The notes under the pieces are model-generated. The model was not told the origin of the DNA. It made no database searches and was given only the letters and a program-made list of their open reading frames with translations. From Rickettsiales bacterium (GTDB lineage Bacteria > Pseudomonadota > Alphaproteobacteria > Rs-D84): a stretch of DNA of 55,696 nucleotides. The stretch is taken from contig JAISCX010000013.1 in NCBI GenBank assembly GCA_031265235.1, forward strand, positions 1 through 55,696. The letters are read 5' to 3'. Shown here in pieces: positions 46,290 to 55,696 of the stretch (positions are counted from its first letter, which is position 1; every line of letters begins with the position of its first letter). The position numbers and the translations under genes were made by a program.

Positions 46290-47079
46290 TGACGCGCAAA
46301 GCGCGTCTGTCGTGGCGACGGTGAACGGCGCGCCGGTAACGGACGTTGATATTACGGCGCGGACAAAGCTTATGGCGCTGCAAGGCCAGGTGTCCACAGA
46401 TAACAGGCAAAAGGCCCTGACCAGCATAATTGACGATCACATAAAGATATCGTATGCCGAAAACATAAAGATGTCGCCGTCAGATTCGGACGTTGCCCGG
46501 GAAATAGAAGCGATGAAGGCGCACGGGCTTGATACGGACGCTTTTGACAGCACCGGGCTGGCCATGATCAGACAGGCGGTCGCTGCAAACATGGCATGGC
46601 AGATAGTAATCGGCCGCACGATCATGCCGACAATCAGCGTATCCGAAGAAGAAATTGCCACAGAGATGTCCGATCTTGAACGCGAACAGGGACTGCCGAT
46701 AGAGTTGACGGTAATTCGTCTTGTCGGGATTCCGCTTGACGTTGCGAAAAAGCTTTCTCCGCCGTCCGATTGCAATGCCGCCGAAGATATGGCGCGTTCA
46801 CTTGGCGGCGCGCCGCAAAAGATGACTTTGAACGAATATGAATTTTCCCAAGACATACGCGAACGGTTGGTTGGCCTGCCTCTCTTGACTTGGTCGAAAC
46901 GCGTTGACGATTCCGTGCTGCTTGTCTGTTCAAAAAAGAAGACAAAGGAATACGGAAAACTGGATGAAGTCGTAAAACAAAACGCGACATACAAACGCGC
47001 GTCATTCGTCGCGGACCAGCAATTGAAACAGCTGCGCAGAAAGGCTGTGATTGTGATAAATGATGAAAGGTATAAATAG
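46228..47079 (+). CDS. surA: SurA-like periplasmic chaperone (SurA N-terminal domain, short form)
   Basis: Start moved to MKKLLIF. The mature N-terminus VVATVNGAPVTDVDI is typical of SurA, and the gene sits right after lptD. Confidence 0.75.
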   Translation: MKKLLIFSFTLSLFHFFTFSLDAQSASVVATVNGAPVTDVDITARTKLMALQGQVSTDNRQKALTSIIDDHIKISYAENIKMSPSDSDVAREIEAMKAHGLDTDAFDSTGLAMIRQAVAANMAWQIVIGRTIMPTISVSEEEIATEMSDLEREQGLPIELTVIRLVGIPLDVAKKLSPPSDCNAAEDMARSLGGAPQKMTLNEYEFSQDIRERLVGLPLLTWSKRVDDSVLLVCSKKKTKEYGKLDEVVKQNATYKRASFVADQQLKQLRRKAVIVINDERYK

Positions 47080-47143
47080 TGATTTGTAATCTGTGATTTG
47101 TGACCTGTAGGTTCAAATCACAAATCACAAGTCACGATCACAG
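47078..47143. repeat. GTGATTT-heptamer palindromic element, copy 3
   Basis: GTGATTTGTAATCTGTGATTTGTGACCTGTAGGTTCAAATCACAAATCACAAGTCACGATCACAGC. Confidence 0.8.
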
Positions 47144-47145
47144 CG

Positions 47146-48222
47146 ATGACAAACAAACCCATCCTCTTCAACATGACCCCGGGCGAATTAGAGCATTTCA
47201 TCGCCGGGCTGGGGCAACCCAAATTTCGCGCAAAGCAGATTGCCGAATGGATGGGACGCGGCGCGCCGGATTTTTCCGTAATGAAAAATCTGCCGGAAAT
47301 TTTGCGCGCGCAGCTGTCCGCATCGGCGCGGACTCTGCCGATCCAAATTGTGAAAAAGCTGGAATCATCGGATGGCCAGACGACAAAGTTTTTATTGGAA
47401 TTGCAAGATGGCGAAGTTGTCGAAACCGTCCTGATGAAAACCACATATGGCAACAGCGTATGCGTATCGTCCCAAGCCGGATGCGCGATGGGATGCAAAT
47501 TCTGTGCGTCCACGCTTTTGGGATTAAAGCGCAATTTAACCATGAACGAGATGGTTTCGCAGATTTTGGCGGCGCTTTGGGAACTTCGCGCGGCTATTTT
47601 TTCGCCACGCGCTTCGCGTCCCAATGGCGATCCGAACAATTTTGACGTTTCGCATATCGTGGTCATGGGAACGGGAGAGCCATTGCAAAACATCGAAAAT
47701 TTAAAAGGCTTTTTGGAATATGCGAATGCGCATCTTGGGATATCATGGCGACGGATGACGGTATCGACCTGCGGGCTGGTGCCCGGGATAAACGGACTGT
47801 CCGATTGGGGCCGTCCGATAAATCTGGCGATATCGCTGCACGCGCCGAATGACGATTTGCGAAATCAGATAATGCCGGTAAATAGAAAATATCCGGTCGC
47901 GCAGGTTCTGGACGCGGCGTTCGCGCATTCCGCAAAAACAGGCCGGCAACTGATGATCGAATACATATTGCTGGCGGAATTGAATGATTTGCCCGAACAC
48001 GCGCTTGCGCTGGCGGAATTATTGAAAGGGCGCAATTGCATGGTAAACATTATTCCTTGGAATAATGTTGCGGAACGTGAATTCGCGGCGCCCAGCGGCA
48101 ATGCCGTCCATCGGTTCCAGGATATTTTAATAAATAACGGAATCCATGCGCGCATTCGGCGCGAACGCGGCGCGGACATCAGTTCGGCCTGCGGCCAATT
48201 GCGGCTGAATAATTCCATCTGA
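47146..48222 (+). CDS. rlmN: 23S rRNA/tRNA (adenine-C2)-methyltransferase RlmN (radical SAM)
   Basis: FRAKQI N-terminus, CAMGCKFCAS cluster, C-terminal GADISSACGQL. Confidence 0.93.
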   Translation: MTNKPILFNMTPGELEHFIAGLGQPKFRAKQIAEWMGRGAPDFSVMKNLPEILRAQLSASARTLPIQIVKKLESSDGQTTKFLLELQDGEVVETVLMKTTYGNSVCVSSQAGCAMGCKFCASTLLGLKRNLTMNEMVSQILAALWELRAAIFSPRASRPNGDPNNFDVSHIVVMGTGEPLQNIENLKGFLEYANAHLGISWRRMTVSTCGLVPGINGLSDWGRPINLAISLHAPNDDLRNQIMPVNRKYPVAQVLDAAFAHSAKTGRQLMIEYILLAELNDLPEHALALAELLKGRNCMVNIIPWNNVAEREFAAPSGNAVHRFQDILINNGIHARIRRERGADISSACGQLRLNNSI

Positions 48223-48278
48223 GATAGCGCGGACGCAAATGCCGGAATTTATGCGCACACCAAAGTCAATGCATACAT

Positions 48279-48302
48279 AAAGCCCGCAGACAGCGGGCTT
48301 TA
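48279..48302 (+). terminator. Terminator-like hairpin after rlmN
   Basis: AGCCCGC agaca GCGGGCT followed by TTTA; the T-run is weak. Confidence 0.55.
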
Positions 48303-48430
48303 AGGTATATCGTATATTATATTAAGATTAATGGCGGATGACATATGACAAGTTTCGAACTGATGACTTCCAAATTCTTGCAAATTTAGCGAGTAATATC
48401 CAATGTTTCAAAACCAAAATAAGCACGTAA

Positions 48431-49075
48431 TTAATATTGTAATACTAAGTCAGGGGCAAATCTTTTATATAACCACGCAAACTCAATGAGCTGCCCTTCA
48501 TATATTTTCAATAATCTCTCTTCATTAAAATCAGACAACTGAGCATCCTGACCTTTTGTTATATCGGCATGTACACAGCACATATCAATAAAGGTTTGCA
48601 ACCAAAATGATTTTTGTCGAAGTTGTTTGTTTAGTGAATTTGCTAACTCTATTTCACTTTTAACTTTTGACCTTTTGTCCCAAATAGGTTTGAATTTTTT
48701 GTTCAATTCGTCTATTTCGTTTAATGCGTCAGCAATTATACTGATCATTTTTGTATATTCTATACTGGTCATGCGTTCCGCTGCAAAACGAACTTTGTCA
48801 TATGGCCATCCATATTGCAACCGTTGGGAATATTTTGGACTTTGCAACGATGTGCTATCTATCTTGTATTCAATTTTCTTGGCACAAGCATTTTGCTGTT
48901 CGCCAAACACAACCGTGTTTTCGAATTTCAAGCCGTCATCAACACAATAATCACCAAATATAATCGTTGGAAGTTCTTGATTATTTATCGTCATTATGTG
49001 CGTCTGCGCGCGTGACAACTTGGCTGTCAAAACTAAAATTGTTGCTAGCCCAAAAATTTTAACCCAGTATTGCAT
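48431..49075 (-). CDS. Secreted hypothetical protein in a low-GC islet
   Basis: Signal peptide IFGLATILVLTAKLSRA, 214 aa, strongly AT-rich codon usage compared with the flanking genes. Confidence 0.65.
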   Translation of the reverse strand: MQYWVKIFGLATILVLTAKLSRAQTHIMTINNQELPTIIFGDYCVDDGLKFENTVVFGEQQNACAKKIEYKIDSTSLQSPKYSQRLQYGWPYDKVRFAAERMTSIEYTKMISIIADALNEIDELNKKFKPIWDKRSKVKSEIELANSLNKQLRQKSFWLQTFIDMCCVHADITKGQDAQLSDFNEERLLKIYEGQLIEFAWLYKRFAPDLVLQY

Positions 49076-49313
49076 TATATACCTTTTTATATCTCACAAT
49101 GTTGACAATGGTATCACTTTGTTTGGTTTAGTCAATAAGCTAAGAGAATTTTAGTAAAAATAATTTCTTTTCTCATAAGAGGAAAGTTAAAAGAATAAAT
49201 GAACTATAACCATCAAAAAATCTTAGATTTCCAAGGACGGGTTCGAAAATGGCTTGATTTTAGCGCTTTTTAAAAAACAAAGTTTCGAACTGGGCGTAGA
49301 ATATGGCAGACAT

Positions 49314-49340
49314 AAAAAAACAACCGGAATTATCCGGCTG
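49314..49340 (-). terminator. Terminator downstream of tRNA-Val
   Basis: On the minus strand: CCGGATAATTCCGG hairpin, then TTG and T7. Confidence 0.55.
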
Positions 49341-49347
49341 TAATAAG

Positions 49348-49424
49348 TGGTGGATGACGAGGGACTCGAACCCCCGACCCTCTGCGTGTAAAGCAGATGC
49401 TCTAACCAACTGAGCTAGTCATCC
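49348..49424 (-). tRNA. tRNA-Val (UAC)
   Basis: GGATGAC acceptor stem, D-arm GCTCAGTTGGTTAGAGC, anticodon loop UUUACAC, T-loop TTCGAGT, encoded CCA. Confidence 0.92.
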
Positions 49425-49515
49425 GGGAAACGTGGGGCGTCCAGCGTGAAGCGCGCAACAATCATTATGTTTTATTGCGCTTTACGGAATAATTTCTGCA
49501 CGTTACGCGCAGAAA

Positions 49516-49815
49516 TTATTCAGGCATCGGCATTCCGGCGGTCGCTTCGCCCATGACTTTATCGATCGCCGTGTCGGCTTTCTCTTTTGCGTCATTAAAC
49601 CCGGCCGTTATCATGGCAGTCACAGTTTCCAGGTCTTCTTTTAACAGATCCGGATTGATCGTCAATTTCACCAGGTCGTATTTGCCCGACATTTCAACAA
49701 TCACCAGCCCCGCGCCGGCAATGCCCTTGACCGTCATCGCGCCAAGCGTTTCCTGGGCCGCGGCAACCTTGCCTTGTAGTGTTTTTGCCTGTTCCATTAA
49801 TGCTTTCATATCCAT
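49516..49815 (-). CDS. ybaB: Nucleoid-associated protein YbaB/EbfC
   Basis: AAGGAG RBS before the ATG at 49815. MDMKALMEQAKTLQ...GAGLV.V...G......I family pattern. The track ORF is over-extended into the MITE. Confidence 0.88.
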   Translation of the reverse strand: MDMKALMEQAKTLQGKVAAAQETLGAMTVKGIAGAGLVIVEMSGKYDLVKLTINPDLLKEDLETVTAMITAGFNDAKEKADTAIDKVMGEATAGMPMPE

Positions 49816-49837
49816 TTTGCTCTCCTTTGTTATTCTG

Positions 49838-49970
49838 GGTGTCATCCCGGAAATTTTTGCGACTGCAAAAATTATCCGGGATTTGGTTGATACAACTATA
49901 TTCCAAATATCCGGTTTAAAGTTGTTTTGACCGGATCCCGGGTTCGCCTGTGGCGCACCGGGATGACACA
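49838..49970. mobile_element. MITE-like palindromic element, copy B (intergenic ybaB/pnp)
   Basis: GTGTCATCCCGGAAATTTTTGCG...CACCGGGATGACACA aligns along its length with the reverse complement of 7072..7225. Confidence 0.7.
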
Positions 49971-49976
49971 ATCTTA

Positions 49977-52124
49977 CTATTTCTTTTCTTCCGCGCCTGT
50001 TTTCTGGTTTATCCCAACCATGCTCATGCGGGTTTTGCCGCGCTTGTCGGTGCCCAGATACCGGACGAACACATTGTCGCCTTCTGCCAGTTTCGCGTCG
50101 TCTATGGTTTTCAAGCGTTCGCCGGTGATTTCGGAAATATGCACCATGGATTCGAAATTGCCGTTCATGATTTTCACAAACAGTCCGAAATCCTTAATGC
50201 CCGACACGACGCCCGGATAAATCACACCGACCTCTGGCTCTGCGGTGATCGCCTTGATGCGCGCAACGGCCGCATCCGCGTCTTCCTTGGCGGTCGCCAT
50301 GATTTTTACGGTGCCGTCGTCCGAAAGGTCGATCTGGGTGTTCGTTTCGCGGGTCAGCGCTTGGATTACGCTGCCGCCTTTGCCGATCACTTCGCGAACC
50401 TTGTCCGGATGTATTTTAATAATGGTCGCCTGGGGCGCGTATTCGGAAAGTGCCGAACGCGGCGTCTTGATAGCCTTGTTCATTATGCCGAGTATGTGCA
50501 GACGTCCGTCTTTGGCCTGGGATAGGGCTTGCTTCATGATTTCGAACGTGATGGATGTGATTTTTATATCCATCTGCAACGCGGTGACGCCGCGTTCTGT
50601 CCCGGTAACTTTGAAATCCATGTCGCCAAGGTGGTCTTCGTCGCCCATGATGTCGGTAAGCACTTCATATTCGTCGTTTTCCTTGATCAATCCCATGGCG
50701 ATTCCAGCCACAGGACGAACCAGCGGCACGCCGCCGTCCATCAATGCCAGCGTTGTTCCGCAGACCGTCGCCATGGAAGAAGAACCGTTTGATTCCAGAA
50801 TGTCGCTTACCATGCGGATTGTATAATCAAAGTCGCTTTGTGCCGGCAGCATCGGATGAATCGCGCGCCAGGCCAATCTGCCGTGACCCAATTCGCGCCG
50901 TTTCGGTGCGCCCATGCGGCCGATTTCGCCAACGGAAAACGGCGGAAAATTATAATCCATGATAAAGCGTTCTTCGTCCTTGCCATCCATTGATTCCAAT
51001 GGCTTTGCGTCAGATCCGCCGCCAAGCGTAAGCGTGACCAACCCTTGCGTTTCGCCGCGGGTGAACAGCGCGGACCCGTGCGCGCGCGGCAGGATGCCGA
51101 CTTCGCATTCTATTGGGCGCACGGTTTTGGAATCGCGGCCGTCAATGCGGGGTTTTTTATCCAGAATATTCCGGCGCATGATGCGCGCGGTGATGGATTC
51201 AATGATTTCATGCGCCCATGCTTTTTGCAAATCTGTCGCGTCGACCGGCTCTGCTTTTGTCTTGATTGCGTCAAGTGCGGCATAGCGTTCCATTTTCGCG
51301 GCAATAGTCAGCGAGGATTCAATATCGGCTGCGAATTGTTCCAAGTCTTTTTCCAAAGCCTTGTATTCTTGCGCGCGTTCGCGGACAACCCATTTTTCCT
51401 TGTCGGCTTTCGCGGCCAGTTCATTGATTGCGGCAATCACAGGCTGGAAAGCGTCAAATCCGAATTTCACGGCGGAAAGCATTTCTTCTTCGGATAATTC
51501 GCCCGCTTCGGATTCGACCATCAGCACGCCGTCCTTGGTTCCGGCCACGACCAGTTCCAGTTCGCTGTCTTCCAATGTTTTGCGCGACGGGTTCAGCAAA
51601 TATCTGCCGTCTTTGAATCCAACCTTGGCCGCGGCGATGGGCCCCATAAACGGGACGCCAGAAACCGCAAGCGCCGCGCTGGCGGCAATGATGGCCAAAA
51701 TGTCAGGAGAATTTTTCTTGTCGTATGAAAACACTGTCGCGACAATCTGGGTGTCGTTGGTGAATGTTTCCGGAAACAGCGGACGTATGGGCCGGTCGAT
51801 CAGGCGCGCGGTCAGCGTTTCATTCAGCGACGCCCGTCCTTCGCGGCGGTCGCGCGATCCCGGGATTTTTCCAGCGGATGCGAATTTTTCTTGATAATCG
51901 ACGGTCAGCGGAAAAAAGTCCTGGCCTTCTGTGACGTTTTTGGAAGACACCACCGTGGCAAGCACCATAGTTTCGCCAAGCGTCGCCATAACCGCGCCGG
52001 TCGCCTGTTTTGCGAATCGGCCGGTTTCCAGCGTCAGTGTTTCGTCGCCATATTGCAAGGAAACTTGCAGGGGGTTGTTCAAGACATTTTTGGCAGCCTT
52101 GTCGCCAAATAAACCGAATAACAT
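49977..52124 (-). CDS. pnp: Polyribonucleotide nucleotidyltransferase (PNPase)
   Basis: GGAGAA RBS before the ATG at 52124. Two RNase PH domains, KH and S1 domains. Confidence 0.95.
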   Translation of the reverse strand: MLFGLFGDKAAKNVLNNPLQVSLQYGDETLTLETGRFAKQATGAVMATLGETMVLATVVSSKNVTEGQDFFPLTVDYQEKFASAGKIPGSRDRREGRASLNETLTARLIDRPIRPLFPETFTNDTQIVATVFSYDKKNSPDILAIIAASAALAVSGVPFMGPIAAAKVGFKDGRYLLNPSRKTLEDSELELVVAGTKDGVLMVESEAGELSEEEMLSAVKFGFDAFQPVIAAINELAAKADKEKWVVRERAQEYKALEKDLEQFAADIESSLTIAAKMERYAALDAIKTKAEPVDATDLQKAWAHEIIESITARIMRRNILDKKPRIDGRDSKTVRPIECEVGILPRAHGSALFTRGETQGLVTLTLGGGSDAKPLESMDGKDEERFIMDYNFPPFSVGEIGRMGAPKRRELGHGRLAWRAIHPMLPAQSDFDYTIRMVSDILESNGSSSMATVCGTTLALMDGGVPLVRPVAGIAMGLIKENDEYEVLTDIMGDEDHLGDMDFKVTGTERGVTALQMDIKITSITFEIMKQALSQAKDGRLHILGIMNKAIKTPRSALSEYAPQATIIKIHPDKVREVIGKGGSVIQALTRETNTQIDLSDDGTVKIMATAKEDADAAVARIKAITAEPEVGVIYPGVVSGIKDFGLFVKIMNGNFESMVHISEITGERLKTIDDAKLAEGDNVFVRYLGTDKRGKTRMSMVGINQKTGAEEKK

Positions 52125-52432
52125 CAGTTTTCTCCATTTTGTTGTGTCCCACGCGGCAAAATGAAGCGTGGCACATGATGCGCGATGCATGACGCGGATT
52201 ATTTCGTCGTTCAAGTTCGCGCGTTTGGGTTAAACGTTGCGTAAAATTACGCGACTTCTTCTGATGGAGAAAAATCATTCGTCATTATACTCTTGATAAG
52301 TATAAGAAGGAACAATCTTTTCTCCACGCGAAACGCATTATAGTAGTTTGTTTTTCAATTATCAAGGAAAAGTGTAAGCGCCGGCACTAATGCTTGCGCC
52401 ATCGTCATTTTTCTGCTACGTTTTTATTAATT

Positions 52433-53887
52433 ATGAACTTTCTAAAAAAAATTTTTCCTGGGCAAAAAGCGCCGAAGATTTCCGTAAATCTTCCGATTTA
52501 TAATACAAATCCCGCGCACTTGCGCGAATGTATCGAATCAATTCTGAATCAAACTTTTTCGGATTTTGAGCTTTTGATATTGAACGATTCTCCTGACAAT
52601 GCGGAACTGGACGCCGTTGTCGCGGAGTACAAAGATCCGCGGATCGTTTATCGAAAAAATGATAAAAATCTCGGCATTTCCGGATCGCGGAACAAATTGC
52701 TGGATATGTCGCGCGGAAAATACGTGGCCATTTGCGATCATGACGATGTATCCATGCCGACCCGATTCGAAAAAGAAGTGGCGTTTCTTGATGCTAATTT
52801 GCGTTATGGCGCGGTCAGTTCCAATTTATATAATGCGGATATGACGCCGCAGTATTACGGCGCGAATGAAAATGTAGATATAAAAAAGAAATTTCTTTTT
52901 CATATAAACTTCCTGCATCCGGCATGCATGCTTCGCCGGTCCGTTCTGGATAAAAACAACATAAGGTACGAAGGGGAATTCTCTCCATCCGAAGATTACC
53001 GCCTGTATACGAAACTTGCGGAATGCACAATGTTCAAAATTCTACCGGACCTGCTGGTGATGTACCGGGTGCACGAACAATCCACGTCAGTATTGCAGGC
53101 GGCCAAGGCGGCCGAAATAACCGAAGAGATTCTGTTCCAGTACCGGAACAGATTTCCGTTCAGCGCGCTGGAACAAAATCTTAACGTATTGCGCGAAAAA
53201 ATCGACGCCTTGCGACCGTCCAACTGCCATGCGGTTCCGAACTTGCGCGAATCGGGGCGTGTAAAGCCTGGCGACGGGAAAATCAAGATTCTGATAACGG
53301 TTCCTTGTTTCGAACGCATTTGCGTCCAGACATTTAAGTCTATATATGACTTGTTCATTCCGGACGGCGTGATTGCGGAATTTCGCTATCAGGCCGGATA
53401 TACGATCGAGCAGGCGCGAAACAACCAGGTTAGCGAATCTATCGCAGGCGGGTTTGATTATACGCTGTTTGTTGATTCGGACATGGTTCTGCCAAAGGAT
53501 GCGATAACAAGGCTGTTGGACGCAGACGCGGATTTTGCGACCGGCTGGTGCTTGCAAAAAATACCTAATAGCCGTGGAATTACCACTCTTAAAAGCGCGC
53601 GCGGGGAAGACTGGCTGAGCGAGGCCGAAGTTGTGCAGGCCGGCGGCGCGATAATTCCGATAATCGCATGCGGATTGTTCTGTGCGCTGGTCAGAAATTC
53701 CGTATTCGGCGATTTAAAGGAATACGACGACAACTGGTTCAGGTATGTGGATGCCAAACAGCCGGACGGGACATGGCTTACGGTTTCAGAAGATTTGGAT
53801 TTTTGCAACAAACTGATGTCGAAAGGAAAAAAATTGGTATGCGATACTGGTCTGCGCTGCGGACATATCGGCGTTGTGGAATTCTAG
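52433..53887 (+). CDS. Two-domain glycosyltransferase (N-terminal GT2 plus a second GT-A-like domain)
   Basis: ISVNLPIYN...ILNQTF.DFELLILNDSP, DHDD, and a second half with VDSDMVLP. Start moved to MNFLKK at 52433. Confidence 0.85.
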   Translation: MNFLKKIFPGQKAPKISVNLPIYNTNPAHLRECIESILNQTFSDFELLILNDSPDNAELDAVVAEYKDPRIVYRKNDKNLGISGSRNKLLDMSRGKYVAICDHDDVSMPTRFEKEVAFLDANLRYGAVSSNLYNADMTPQYYGANENVDIKKKFLFHINFLHPACMLRRSVLDKNNIRYEGEFSPSEDYRLYTKLAECTMFKILPDLLVMYRVHEQSTSVLQAAKAAEITEEILFQYRNRFPFSALEQNLNVLREKIDALRPSNCHAVPNLRESGRVKPGDGKIKILITVPCFERICVQTFKSIYDLFIPDGVIAEFRYQAGYTIEQARNNQVSESIAGGFDYTLFVDSDMVLPKDAITRLLDADADFATGWCLQKIPNSRGITTLKSARGEDWLSEAEVVQAGGAIIPIIACGLFCALVRNSVFGDLKEYDDNWFRYVDAKQPDGTWLTVSEDLDFCNKLMSKGKKLVCDTGLRCGHIGVVEF

Positions 53888-53909
53888 GGCAAATGTCGCG
53901 GAATTTTTA

Positions 53910-54125
53910 TTAGAACAAGCGATCAAGGGAATATTTTTCGATTTTATTAATTCGCATCCATTCTGTTTTTATATAATATTTGATATGTTTGGTATTCTGT
54001 TTTTGGCATAAAATGTGGCGATCTGCATAATATATTTTACAAAACGCGCGGATTGTTGCGGATATTGCGATTTTTGGCGGAATTCTCTTTTGTTGCGGTG
54101 AACGATATTCGTAATTTTTTTTCAT
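53910..54125 (-). CDS. Possible small basic protein (71 aa) in AT-rich DNA
   Basis: AAGGGGAAA precedes the ATG. No recognisable motif, and it overlaps the proposed rRNA promoter region. Confidence 0.25.
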   Translation of the reverse strand: MKKNYEYRSPQQKRIPPKIAISATIRAFCKIYYADRHILCQKQNTKHIKYYIKTEWMRINKIEKYSLDRLF

Positions 54126-54132
54126 TTTCCCC

Positions 54133-54161
54133 TTGACTTTTTTTATAAAACGCTTTATATT
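54133..54161 (+). promoter_or_regulatory. Candidate rRNA operon promoter
   Basis: TTGACT, 17-nt AT-rich spacer, TATATT, then a GC-rich discriminator GCGGGC, about 425 nt upstream of the 16S gene. Confidence 0.5.
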
Positions 54162-54316
54162 ATGCGGGCTTTCAAGTTGACTTTAATTGCCAACCCCTGA
54201 AATTCCAAGGTTTTTTCGGAAACGTGCGATTCGGAAATTTTTCCAACCATAGGAAAAAAGAGAATCTGTTTTCGAAAGCAAATCTGTTTTTGTTAATAAA
54301 AGCAGCTCATCAAAAA

Positions 54317-54383
54317 GTGTGATTGGTGATGTGTGACCTGTGATTTGAATTCAAATCACAAATCACGAATTACAAATCACGCA
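54317..54383. repeat. GTGATTT-heptamer palindromic element, copy 4, in the rRNA leader
   Basis: GTGTGATTGGTGATGTGTGACCTGTGATTTGAATTCAAATCACAAATCACGAATTACAAATCACGC. Confidence 0.8.
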
Positions 54384-54584
54384 AGAAGGGATGTGCAGAC
54401 AGTTGAAGTGGATTTTTCCAAACTTTGACAAAGTCAAAGCACATCACTAAGAGATAGGTAGTAGGTTACAAATTCGTTTTATAACCTCGTTATTCCTATC
54501 TTGCGATATATAAAATATGTAAAGACGAACTGATTTTTTAAAGTCAGCTTTGTTTGATGTGCAGGACTTACCCAAGTTTTTATA

Positions 54585-55696
<1,112 letters not shown>

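Noticed and set aside
49816-49971. 5' extension of the ybaB ORF (track start at 49971)
   Set aside because: The extension reads through the MITE-like element. A strong AAGGAG RBS precedes the ATG at 49815, which gives a normal ~99-aa YbaB.
52141-52175. 10-bp hairpin TGTCCCACGC..GCGTGGCACA in the pnp 5' leader as an RNase III autoregulation site
   Set aside because: The idea is plausible by analogy with E. coli pnp. However, it rests on a single imperfect hairpin with no comparative support, which is too weak to annotate.

Overview
55.7-kb chromosomal window (about 50% GC) from a diderm bacterium, probably a divergent alphaproteobacterium. This is suggested by the short V3 region of the 16S gene, an SspB-alpha-like protein, a DUF4167 protein, RpoH and lptG-lptD-surA synteny. 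Most of the window is housekeeping: rsmE, nusA-infB, der, recF, sspB, accBC, yidD, a TolC/MacA/MacB-type efflux operon, yfgM-like/bamB-like, rpoH, two pseudouridine synthases, lptG-lptD-surA-like, rlmN, ybaB, pnp, tRNA-Cys, tRNA-Val, and the 5' 1.1 kb of a 16S rRNA gene. Six things stand out. (1) An operon of three translationally coupled 440-490 aa paralogs with prepilin-type N-termini and repeat-rich C-terminal halves, with no pilus machinery in the window. (2) Two giant secreted cysteine-rich paralogs built from C-x6-C-x6-C-x6-C modules. (3) A very dense population of palindromic elements whose arms are tandem heptamers. Their arms run into coding sequence, supplying signal peptides and C-terminal tails, and they sit inside der. 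(4) A ~153-nt MITE-like element inserted in frame in rsmE, with a second intergenic copy. (5) Two paralogous ~160-nt candidate structured RNAs with compensatory stem changes. (6) An orphan VirD4/TraG coupling protein and two low-GC islets. All calls come from reading the sequence and the ORF translations; no database search was possible.
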